64,000 nt of DNA from NCBI GenBank assembly GCA_036501385.1, contig DASYAK010000009.1:37739-101738 (forward strand). Direction: 5' to 3'. The number at the start of each line of letters is the position of its first letter. The stretch's first letter is position 1. A program made the position numbers and the translations under genes. The notes under the pieces are model-generated. The model was not told the origin of the DNA. It was given only the letters and a program-made list of their open reading frames with translations, and ran no database searches. The DNA comes from Gemmatimonadales bacterium (lineage in GTDB: Bacteria > Gemmatimonadota > Gemmatimonadetes > Gemmatimonadales > GWC2-71-9). Positions 37,089 to 45,181 of the stretch are shown here, in pieces.

Positions 37089-37297
37089 GCCGGACCTCCT
37101 GCATCGCCGGATGGCGGCAGAATTGCGTGGAACACAGTGGTACCATTGCGCAGCATTACCTGAAGATACGGCCGGCAGAGGCCGCACTGGGCGCCACACC
37201 CGGTGGCGGCCATCAGTTCTTCAAGATCCCACCCATGGTCCCGGACCGATGCCATGAGATCGGCGAAGAGTCTTTGCCGGCAGACGCAGCGATCGAT
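37085..37297 (-). CDS. BFD-like [2Fe-2S]-binding small protein (not in the supplied ORF track; no canonical start codon)
   Basis: The minus-strand frame reads (I)DRCVCRQRLFADLMASVRDHGWDLEELMAATGCGAQCGLCRPYLQVML..., which is the CxC...CxxC pattern and spacing of the BFD-like domain. Third-position GC is high. GGGGAGGA lies upstream. There is no ATG/GTG/TTG between the upstream in-frame stop and the CxC motif; ATC at 37297 is the best candidate. Confidence 0.65.
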   Translation of the reverse strand: MDRCVCRQRLFADLMASVRDHGWDLEELMAATGCGAQCGLCRPYLQVMLRNGTTVFHAILPPSGDAGGPA

Positions 37298-37319
37298 GGT
37301 GAGCGCCGGTCCTCCCCGA

Positions 37320-38072
37320 TCAGATCTTGTGGTGTGTCACGCGCGCGGCCTGTTCGCCATCATCCGCCGGGTAGAGCTCGAAATCGGCGAAGAAGCGCGG
37401 CGCTTCGGCACGCAGCACGGCGAGCACGCGCGCCGCCAATCGCCGGATTTCGCGCTCGGCACCTTCACCAAGCCGCAACTCGAGCATCGTGCGCCACGCC
37501 CTGATATTGCCGCTCACCACGATTTTCGTCTCGACCCCATTGGGAAGCACCGACCGCGCCGCTTCGCGGGCCATCTTGCGCCGGTGCATCTTGCTCTCGA
37601 CCCACTGATAGCGTTCCATCAGCCGCTCGACCGCCGCGACATAGCTCGCCTGGGCTCCTTCCATCTGCCGCAGCCATTCCGCCTCGGCCGCCTCGTCACC
37701 CTGGATCGCGGGCGGGACGACGAACGCGGCATCGGACTCGTCAACATACCGTTGCGACAGCTGGGAATAGCCGAATCCCGCGCGGTGCCGCACCAGTTCG
37801 TGCGTCAGTGACCGCGACACACCTTCGATCAACAGGACGAACACGGCGTGCTCGAAGACCGAGCCGTGGCCCTGCTTGAGAATGTTGGTCAGATAGTCGG
37901 CGGTGCTCCGGCTGGCCGGATTGCGCTGGCTCATGTAGCAGAGCCGCCCGGCGAACTCGGCCAGGCGCTCGCCGTCGGTCCCGGGCTCGACCCATTCCAC
38001 CGGGAGATGCGCGGGTTCGATGAACTGGGGGCGGCCGATCAGGGTGACCTGTGGCTCGCGATAGAGACGCAT
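37320..38072 (-). CDS. thyX: FAD-dependent thymidylate synthase ThyX
   Basis: 250 aa with the ThyX motif RHRxxxxSQxSQRY (ELVRHRAGFGYSQLSQRY). Confidence 0.93.
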   Translation of the reverse strand: MRLYREPQVTLIGRPQFIEPAHLPVEWVEPGTDGERLAEFAGRLCYMSQRNPASRSTADYLTNILKQGHGSVFEHAVFVLLIEGVSRSLTHELVRHRAGFGYSQLSQRYVDESDAAFVVPPAIQGDEAAEAEWLRQMEGAQASYVAAVERLMERYQWVESKMHRRKMAREAARSVLPNGVETKIVVSGNIRAWRTMLELRLGEGAEREIRRLAARVLAVLRAEAPRFFADFELYPADDGEQAARVTHHKI

Positions 38073-38081
38073 CGGCCAAAA

Positions 38082-39686
38082 CTAATGGGAGAGCCACCGG
38101 CTTTCTCCCCAGCGTGCCCCGCTCTCGATCGCGGTGAGATATTCGTCGACCTCGCCGGGAATCGCGACCGCATCCGCGCCGACCTTGAGCTGCGAGATCG
38201 GATCGCCGCCGCCGAGAATCACGCCCGGGTTGAAGCGCCCTTCGGGATCGAACGCCGCCTTGATGGCCCGGAAGCATTCGATCACCTCGGGACCATAAAG
38301 ATCTTCGAGAAGCCCGGCCCGCAAGCGGCCCACGCCGTGTTCACCCGAGGGTGTGCCACCCATCGCGATCACCGCGTCGCTCACCGCGTCGAAGATCCTC
38401 CGGACGCGGTCGGTCCAGCCGCGGCGCGACACGTCGGGAAGAAGATTGACGTGTACGTGCCCGTCGCCGGCGTGGCCGAACATCACGACGTCGACCTTTT
38501 CTTCAGCCGCGATCCGATCGATTGCCTCGAGATACTCGGCAAGACGGTTCACCGGAACGCAGCCGTCTTCGATCACCTGCAGCGACCGCCGGCCGTCCGA
38601 AAGCCCCGCGAGAATGGGAGAAGCAGCGTGCCGCAGCGCCCAGACAGCGTCGATCTCGCGCGGGTCGGTGGCGACATGGGCGTCGAGCACGGCTGCCGCA
38701 ACGGCCGCCTGCGCGCGCGCGGCGCGCTCCGCCACGTCCCCCGCATCGTCACCCTCGAAGTCGACGAGAAGGAGCCCGCCGGCCCGGCGGAGCAGCACGG
38801 AATCACCCGGCGCAAGCGACGCCGCATCGACGAAGCGAAGAAACGACTGGTCGAGAAACTCGAGCGTTGCCGGGTTCCAACCGCGAATCACCTCGATGAT
38901 CCGCGGCAGATCGGCGCGCGCACGCACGGCGACGCGGAGCGACGCCCGTTCCCGCGCCACTGCAGCGAGGCACACCTCGATGTCGGTGACGACGCCGAGG
39001 GTCCCTTCGGATCCCACCACGACGTCGAGGACGTCGCCCGTTTCACTATAGTAATTGATACCATAGCCTGCGCTGTTCTTCCGCACCGTGGGAAACCGCG
39101 CGCGGATCGCCGCCGCGTGACGGCGGATCACCGGCTCCGCGTCGTTGTGCCACCGCGCCATTACCGGGTGATGCGGGTCGGCGCCGGTGCCGCGAACGAG
39201 ATCGAGGGGACCGTCGCCGGTCTCGAGCGTGAGGCGATGCACCCAATCCCGGATCGACCCTGTGCGCAGGGTGTGCGGCCCCGCCGCGTTGGTCGAAACC
39301 ATCCCGCCAAGGGTCGCCCACGCACCGCTCGATGGATCGACCGGAAGGATGAGACCGTGGGACGCTGCGAGGAGATTGAGCCGGCCGAGGGAAACCGACG
39401 GCGAAAGCGTCGCACGCGATGCCGCGGGATCGATGACCCATCGGGCCGGCTCGAACGCCGTGAGATCGAGGACCAGCCCCGAGGTCACGTTGTTCCCCGG
39501 CATCGCGGAGCCCGCGCCGCGTGGCGTCACGGGAATGCCACGGTCGCGAGCCGTTGCAAGAACGGTCCGCAGGTCGGCGAGCGACACCGGGCGGGCCACG
39601 CCCCAGGGCACGATGCGATAGATCCCGGCGCCCTGGCAATAGCGGAGGCGAAGGTCGAGGTCGGTGCGGATCGCCGGTGCGGTCAT
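38082..39686 (-). CDS. FAD-linked oxidase (GlcD / D-lactate dehydrogenase-like)
   Basis: 534 aa with an FAD_binding_4-like N-terminal half (PRGAGSAMPGNNV) and an FAD-oxidase C-terminal half (GTPSGEHGVGRLR). Confidence 0.8.
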   Translation of the reverse strand: MTAPAIRTDLDLRLRYCQGAGIYRIVPWGVARPVSLADLRTVLATARDRGIPVTPRGAGSAMPGNNVTSGLVLDLTAFEPARWVIDPAASRATLSPSVSLGRLNLLAASHGLILPVDPSSGAWATLGGMVSTNAAGPHTLRTGSIRDWVHRLTLETGDGPLDLVRGTGADPHHPVMARWHNDAEPVIRRHAAAIRARFPTVRKNSAGYGINYYSETGDVLDVVVGSEGTLGVVTDIEVCLAAVARERASLRVAVRARADLPRIIEVIRGWNPATLEFLDQSFLRFVDAASLAPGDSVLLRRAGGLLLVDFEGDDAGDVAERAARAQAAVAAAVLDAHVATDPREIDAVWALRHAASPILAGLSDGRRSLQVIEDGCVPVNRLAEYLEAIDRIAAEEKVDVVMFGHAGDGHVHVNLLPDVSRRGWTDRVRRIFDAVSDAVIAMGGTPSGEHGVGRLRAGLLEDLYGPEVIECFRAIKAAFDPEGRFNPGVILGGGDPISQLKVGADAVAIPGEVDEYLTAIESGARWGESRWLSH

Positions 39687-39742
39687 GCGCGGAGCCGCCG
39701 GAAGCGGGGCGCCGACGACCGGGGAGGTAGATTCCCTCGGTC

Positions 39743-40534
39743 ATGACCGCGCCACGCACCGAACTGATTCATATCGACGTTGACCGCCGTCTCGGGCACG
39801 AATGGGATGAGTGGGATGGCCGCCCGCTACCGAACGCCGGCAATTTCGATGCGCCGCCCCGGGTATTCCTCACCTGGACCCTGGCGGCGATGGCGGCGGC
39901 TTTGGGCGCGGCGTCAATCCTGTTGTATCTCCTCGCTCCCCGTCTCGCCACGATCGGAACGGTCATCCCGCGCGCCGGCTGGGTCCTCCTCGCCGTCGGC
40001 GCCACGGCGTCGGCCGTCTGGTGGCTCCTTCTGGTCGCGAGCTTCGCCGGGCCGATCAACCTTCTCCCCGGAACCCTGGCCGAGAGCGGTGCGCTCCTCC
40101 CGCTGATGCGGCTCACGTCACGCATCGCCGCGCGCTTCAATCGGCGCGACCGGGTCGAGAACGCCGCGGTCAAGGTGTACAACGCGCTGGCGTTGCGGCG
40201 CGCGCAGCGCGTGAACACCGGCGAACTTCTCCTCCTTATTCCGCGCTGTCTGTCGCGCGCCACACTCGACGCCGTCCTCGCGCTCGCCGGACAGTACCGC
40301 GTTCCGGTGTTCGTCGCCACGCGCGGGCAGCTGGCGCGGCGCGTCATTCGCGAACGCCGGCCGCGGGCCGTAGTCGCGGTCGCATGCGAACGCGACATGG
40401 TGAGCGGCTTGCACGACGTCGCGGCGAAGGTCCCCGTCCTCGGCCTCACGATGACCCTTCCGGCTGGTCCGTGCAAGGACGCCGTCCTCGACCTCGCCAC
40501 TCTCGAACGCTACCTCCAGGCGTTCGTGAACTGA
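39743..40534 (+). CDS. DUF116-family membrane protein
   Basis: The N-terminus has TM helices. The C-terminus, LLLIPRCL...VPVFVATRG...VVAVACERDMVSGLHD, resembles DUF116. Confidence 0.7.
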   Translation: MTAPRTELIHIDVDRRLGHEWDEWDGRPLPNAGNFDAPPRVFLTWTLAAMAAALGAASILLYLLAPRLATIGTVIPRAGWVLLAVGATASAVWWLLLVASFAGPINLLPGTLAESGALLPLMRLTSRIAARFNRRDRVENAAVKVYNALALRRAQRVNTGELLLLIPRCLSRATLDAVLALAGQYRVPVFVATRGQLARRVIRERRPRAVVAVACERDMVSGLHDVAAKVPVLGLTMTLPAGPCKDAVLDLATLERYLQAFVN

Positions 40535-40548
40535 ACGCCGTTCCACAT

Positions 40549-41199
40549 TCATCGATTCAGGAACCGCACGGCAGTGGTGTCGCGTGATCCCTTGCGACCA
40601 CGCGGCACGGCGCTGTCGGGCCGGGTTGCCGTCGTGTCGCGCCCGGCGGTAGTGGTGTCGTGGATTCCCTTGCGAAGCCGCGGCGCAGTGGTGTCGGCAC
40701 GCGCAGCGGTCGTGTCGACCGGGTCACCGTACTGGCGCGCCAGCACGCCCACTGCGACGAGAACGCGCCCGGCAGCCTTGTTGGTCGCCGGGACCTGGCG
40801 CTCGAGTTCTCGCGGCGACCGCGACGGATCGGCGGTCGGGAGGTACACCGTCTCAGCGGTAATGTTGGAGTAGTTGGGGCGCGACGGATCAACCCAGATG
40901 CGGATCTTGACGACGTCGGGGCCGAGGTGGCGCCGCGTCGTTGGCCGCATCGTGGTGGCGTCGAGCCATTCCGATTCGAGCCAGCCGTCCTTGACCATCG
41001 TGCGACGAATCGGAATCGAATCCTGATCGAGGAGCAGCGCGATCGCCTGGGTCGCCTCCCGAACGTCGAGTTTGACTTCGGTGACCGGGGCGTTGGGAAG
41101 CGGCACGAACGCTGGGCGCGTCGTCGTGGGAAAGCACGCTGCCATCGCGACCGCGGCGAGCGGCCACATTCGAAACGGCGGTCGTACCACGTCGGTCAT
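40549..41199 (-). CDS. Lipoprotein-like protein with a repetitive C-terminal tail (RKGxxDTT repeats)
   Basis: The ATG at 41199 overlaps the upstream stop (ATGA). The signal-like segment is MWPLAAVAMAACFP. The C-terminal 60 aa contain repeated DTTA/RKG motifs, encoded by imperfect tandem DNA repeats at 40570..40740. Confidence 0.7.
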   Translation of the reverse strand: MTDVVRPPFRMWPLAAVAMAACFPTTTRPAFVPLPNAPVTEVKLDVREATQAIALLLDQDSIPIRRTMVKDGWLESEWLDATTMRPTTRRHLGPDVVKIRIWVDPSRPNYSNITAETVYLPTADPSRSPRELERQVPATNKAAGRVLVAVGVLARQYGDPVDTTAARADTTAPRLRKGIHDTTTAGRDTTATRPDSAVPRGRKGSRDTTAVRFLNR

Positions 41200-42098
41200 T
41201 TGTCGAGCGCCTTGCGGACTTCCTGGGTGATCTCCCGGACGACCTGTCCCACGCCACGCGCCAGTCCACCGGTGACAGCAGGCGGGGCCTGGCCTGGCAG
41301 CGCCGGGAGGCGCTCGATCTCGTCGAGGGCCCGCTCCAGGCCGAGGTGAGCACGTCCTGCCCGGGTACGAAACGAACGCGCTACGACCCACCCGGCCGCG
41401 GCGAGCGGAACCACCGGTATCGCGGCAAACCAGACCGGTGCGCCGAGGACCGCGATCACCGCGCCCATGGCAGCGCCGGTGAACGAAAGACCGGCGCCAC
41501 CAGCCACCAGGGCGGCGCGGGTGCGGCGGAGTGAGGCCGCGATCGTGACATGACAGAACCCGGGTTCGAGCGTCATGATCGCCACCGTGACCAGCTCCAC
41601 CTTGTCGAGATACGGCTTGCCGTGCTTTGGATCGAACATCGTCGCCACCCGCCGCATCGCGCCGGCGAAGCGATCCATTGGTTCGTACGTCAGGCGCTCG
41701 GGAGTGACGCGCTGGACGATGAAGTGTTCCTGGCGCTCCATCCAGCGTGTCAGCGCAGCGGCGATCGTGTCGGGAGATCCTTGTACCACGCGCTGGGAGA
41801 CGAGATCGGCAGCGCCAATCCAGTGGTCGAGCGTCGAATCGGGCTGGGCGACGACGATGCGGGTGCGTTCTTCCAGAAGGGCTTGCCGGAGGTGCTGGGG
41901 GGGAATGCCGACTTCGACGCCGAGAGCCAGCAGCTCGTCCTCGGTCAGCCCGTCACCAATGTCCTTCGAGGCTCCCTGCAGTTCTGCCGCGCGCTGCAGT
42001 ATCCGATCAAAGGTGGCGCGATCGATTCGGGCAGGGACGTTCGGTTCCATCGAGGAAATATGGCGATGCCGGAAGAACGTGGCGACGAAACCGCCCAA
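41196..42098 (-). CDS. Hypothetical membrane protein (soluble N-domain plus 2-3 TM helices)
   Basis: 300-aa ORF. The start is uncertain (TTG at 42098 or ATG at 42050). The TM segments are GGAGLSFTGAAMGAVIAVLGAPVWFAAIPVVPLAAAGWVV. Confidence 0.65.
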   Translation of the reverse strand: MGGFVATFFRHRHISSMEPNVPARIDRATFDRILQRAAELQGASKDIGDGLTEDELLALGVEVGIPPQHLRQALLEERTRIVVAQPDSTLDHWIGAADLVSQRVVQGSPDTIAAALTRWMERQEHFIVQRVTPERLTYEPMDRFAGAMRRVATMFDPKHGKPYLDKVELVTVAIMTLEPGFCHVTIAASLRRTRAALVAGGAGLSFTGAAMGAVIAVLGAPVWFAAIPVVPLAAAGWVVARSFRTRAGRAHLGLERALDEIERLPALPGQAPPAVTGGLARGVGQVVREITQEVRKALDK

Positions 42099-42110
42099 GT
42101 CACTGCTGAC

Positions 42111-42923
42111 TCAGCGCTCGCCCCCAAGCCGGACACCGCAATCGGGACAATGCTTCCAGCGCCGCTCCACCGGGGCGCCGCACGATGCACAGGCAGGCTG
42201 ACGCTGATCGGCACCGCAGAGCGGGCAGAACTTCGCGTCGCGTCCTGGGGGCAACGGCTCGTGGCAGCTCCAGCAGCTGTCTTCGGCGGCGAAAGCTGGC
42301 GTGGTCACGGAGGTCGGCTCCTCATCGGTCGGGGCTGGATACCGGTGGGGCGCCCAGGTTGAAGTACTCGGTGACCCGCTGCTGCGCGGTGACGGCTTGG
42401 GCTCGGGTTGCGGCGGCGGTTCGGCAACGACAGACGGGCGCGGCGAATCAGCATCGAGAACGGGCGCTTCGACCATCGGAACTACCGCCTCCACCACCTC
42501 GACCGTGAGTGGAGAAGTCGTCGCTGACGACGGGGGTTCGGGCGGTCGAAGCGCTGGCGATGCGTCCACCGGTTTGGCGGCAACGGCCGCAAGCGTCACG
42601 GCGGCTCGCGGCGTGATGGTCACGCTGGCTGCGCGGAGGAGCTGCAGCACGTCGAGATCAGGAAGTTTCGAGTTGATCGTCGCCTTGGCCATGTCGGCGG
42701 CGTCGACCGGCTCGGTGCGGACCAGGTCTCCTTCTTCGGCGATCAGGCGAAGCATCAGTGCCTCGTAATCTTCACTCGCCTCGATGCCGACGAGGCGCCG
42801 GGCTACCCGGTAGGGAAGAATCCGTTCGAGGATCTCACCCACCGCGATCGGGCCGCCGCCGCCACCGCCCTGCGATTGCCACTGCGCCAGCAGCGCCGCG
42901 GCGAAGCGTTCGAGCTCCGTCAC
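42111..42923 (-). CDS. Double zinc-ribbon protein with a Pro-rich linker
   Basis: The GTG at 42923 is preceded by GGAGGG and overlaps the rnhA-like stop (GTGA). The C-terminus, CWSCHEP...CPLCG...CASCG...CPDCG, contains four CxxC pairs. Confidence 0.75.
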   Translation of the reverse strand: MTELERFAAALLAQWQSQGGGGGGPIAVGEILERILPYRVARRLVGIEASEDYEALMLRLIAEEGDLVRTEPVDAADMAKATINSKLPDLDVLQLLRAASVTITPRAAVTLAAVAAKPVDASPALRPPEPPSSATTSPLTVEVVEAVVPMVEAPVLDADSPRPSVVAEPPPQPEPKPSPRSSGSPSTSTWAPHRYPAPTDEEPTSVTTPAFAAEDSCWSCHEPLPPGRDAKFCPLCGADQRQPACASCGAPVERRWKHCPDCGVRLGGER

Positions 42924-43525
42924 CGTCCCTCCGCGAGGCCGATCGTCTCTCCGGCCGCAATCCGCGCTTCCAGCGCCGTGAACGCGGCATCGGGATCGTA
43001 TCCCGGAAAATTGCCCCGCCCTTGCCGCTCCGCCAGCCACGCCGGAAATGTCGAGCGCACGATCCCGGCCGACGTCGTCTGGTCGGTCGCCGCGCGAACG
43101 GCAAGATCATTGGCGTATTCGTTCTTGGGATGCCCGGCGTGACCTCGCACCCAGGTGAACTGGGTCTCGTGGCGAGACACCGAATGCCAGAGTGTGCGCC
43201 ACAATTCGAGATTTTCGATCGGACCACTCTTCCGGGTCCAGTCCCGCGCCTGCCATGCCGGCGCCCATTCGCGAATTCCCTTGATCAGGTACTCCGAATC
43301 GGAGACGATCAGTACGCGAAGGCGATTTGCCTTCTGTGCCAGCAGTTGCAACACCGCGATCGCTCCACTCAATGCCATCCGGTTGTTGGTCGTCGCAGAT
43401 GAATGAAGGTAGACATCACGTCGCTCGACATTCCCGTTCGAGCGGATCTCGATCAAACCACCGGCTCCGCCGCGATTGTCGCCGGGTTTCCCGTTACCGA
43501 GACAACTCTCGTCGAGATGCACCAC
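42920..43525 (-). CDS. rnhA: RNase HI homolog with an Ala at the catalytic Glu position and a 55-aa C-terminal extension
   Basis: It aligns by eye with E. coli RNase HI: DESCLGN (D10), SDSEYLIKGI (D70), GHAGHPKNEYANDLA (H124, D134). However, TNNRMALSG replaces TNNRMELMA. The true start may lie upstream of the GTG at 43525. Confidence 0.8.
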   Translation of the reverse strand: MVHLDESCLGNGKPGDNRGGAGGLIEIRSNGNVERRDVYLHSSATTNNRMALSGAIAVLQLLAQKANRLRVLIVSDSEYLIKGIREWAPAWQARDWTRKSGPIENLELWRTLWHSVSRHETQFTWVRGHAGHPKNEYANDLAVRAATDQTTSAGIVRSTFPAWLAERQGRGNFPGYDPDAAFTALEARIAAGETIGLAEGR

Positions 43526-43548
43526 CGCGATGCGTCCGGAGGAGCGCG

Positions 43549-43776
43549 TCAGGAGTCGATCACTTGAAAATGATCCAGGTCGTCAAGCACGAACAGCAGT
43601 TCATCGCCGGTCATCGCCAGATGGCCAGCGAGGGCGTCGCGCCCGCGCGACTGCGTCAGCGCCGATGCCACAACGACGTAGTCGTTACCGCGCCGGCGGA
43701 GTGCCACCCGCCGGTGCTGGCGCACCGCGTGCTCAAGCTGTTCCATCCGCTCCGGCGTCCAGCGAAACATGCCCAT
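43549..43776 (-). CDS. Hypothetical 75-aa protein
   Basis: Codon bias is typical of the host. It sits 23 nt upstream of the RNase HI homolog on the same strand. No family recognised. Confidence 0.5.
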   Translation of the reverse strand: MGMFRWTPERMEQLEHAVRQHRRVALRRRGNDYVVVASALTQSRGRDALAGHLAMTGDELLFVLDDLDHFQVIDS

Positions 43777-43819
43777 TGCTGGAAAGTAGCAGCGTGATGA
43801 ACTCGATTCGCGTGATCGA

Positions 43820-45181
43820 TCAGCGCAGACCGACCCACGCGCCGCCGAGCATCACGCGCACCACCTTGCGCGTGTTGGCGATGTCGGCAAGCGGATCGCC
43901 GCCGAGCACGACCAGATCAGCGACGGCACCGGCGCGAAGGCGACCCAGCGAATCGGCGCCGAGGAGATCGGCCGACCAGGAGGTCGCGGAGCGGAGCGCA
44001 TCGAGCGGAGTGAGACCGGCGTGGACCAGGAGGGCCATCTCGCTGTGGAGCGCGCTCCCGGGCACCAGGAGCTGGTTCGAGGCGTCAGTGCCGGCCGCGA
44101 TTCGTCCACCCGCGGCGACGAACGTCCGCACCACCTGATCCTGGATCGGTCGCGCGGCGCGGAACGCCGTGTAGTCATCCGCGGTCCAGCCGGCACGGCG
44201 AATCATGCCGGGAACATTCCAGTTGCGACGCGCCGTGTCGGGAACCATCTCGATGCCGGGAGGATGATAGGTGGCGGAATCATCGAGATGCGCAAAGGTC
44301 TCGTGCAGCACCAGCGTGGGGACGAGGTAGACGCGCCGGGCGGCCAGCTCTTCGATCACCCGCGTGAGGGCGACGGTGTCGAGTCCGGCCCAGCTATGCT
44401 CGAACGCAGTCCAGCCGCGAAAGAACTTCTCGGTGTGGGCCGAATCGAGTGCCACCGAATCGCCGGCTGCCTCGGGAATCCCGCTGAGATGCTCGATCGA
44501 TGTCACGCCAAGGTTTGCCGCGGTCACCGCGTCCGTGAGCCCGAGGTGCACGGCGACTGGAAGATGCACCACTCGCGCGGCATTGATGATTGCGCCAAGG
44601 ACATCGGGAGTTGCGTGGGTATAAACCTTGATCCAGGTCGCGCCGAGCCGCTGCGCGCGGGCGACCGCGGCGGCGGCGGAATCGGGCGACGCAACCGGAA
44701 TGGCATCGGGATAGGTGGTCGGTGGAACATCAAGCATGGCGATGGCCATGAAGAGCCGCGGCGATGGTGACCGCGACGCGATGGCGCGCAAGGTATCGGC
44801 CAGCGGTTCACCATCGTGGAGATCACGAACCGTGGTGACTCCGTAATGCAACTCGAGCGGAATCGCCCACGGCTGGAGATGCACGTGCGCGTCGATCAGG
44901 CCGGGGATGATCCAGCGTCCGCTCAGATCGGTCACGCGCGCGCCGCGGGGGACCGCCACCTCTTCGCTGTCGCCCACGGCAACCACATGCCCGTCGCGCA
45001 CCAGGATCACTGCCGCGGGAAGCGAGCGCCCGGTCACGACGTCGATCACGGTCGCGCCAGTCAGCGCATCCAGTCCGGCACCGGGCGGCTGGCCGCACGC
45101 CGCCAGCAGGGCCAGACCCAAAACACACCGCGCCCCGGAGCGACCGGAGCGCGGTGTGATGCCGGAATCCCTCAGCTTCAC
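43820..45181 (-). CDS. Amidohydrolase-superfamily metallohydrolase (secreted or lipoprotein)
   Basis: 453 aa with signal/lipobox LLAACG and a PGLIDAHVHL metal-binding motif. The GTG start overlaps the upstream stop (GTGA). Confidence 0.8.
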   Translation of the reverse strand: MKLRDSGITPRSGRSGARCVLGLALLAACGQPPGAGLDALTGATVIDVVTGRSLPAAVILVRDGHVVAVGDSEEVAVPRGARVTDLSGRWIIPGLIDAHVHLQPWAIPLELHYGVTTVRDLHDGEPLADTLRAIASRSPSPRLFMAIAMLDVPPTTYPDAIPVASPDSAAAAVARAQRLGATWIKVYTHATPDVLGAIINAARVVHLPVAVHLGLTDAVTAANLGVTSIEHLSGIPEAAGDSVALDSAHTEKFFRGWTAFEHSWAGLDTVALTRVIEELAARRVYLVPTLVLHETFAHLDDSATYHPPGIEMVPDTARRNWNVPGMIRRAGWTADDYTAFRAARPIQDQVVRTFVAAGGRIAAGTDASNQLLVPGSALHSEMALLVHAGLTPLDALRSATSWSADLLGADSLGRLRAGAVADLVVLGGDPLADIANTRKVVRVMLGGAWVGLR

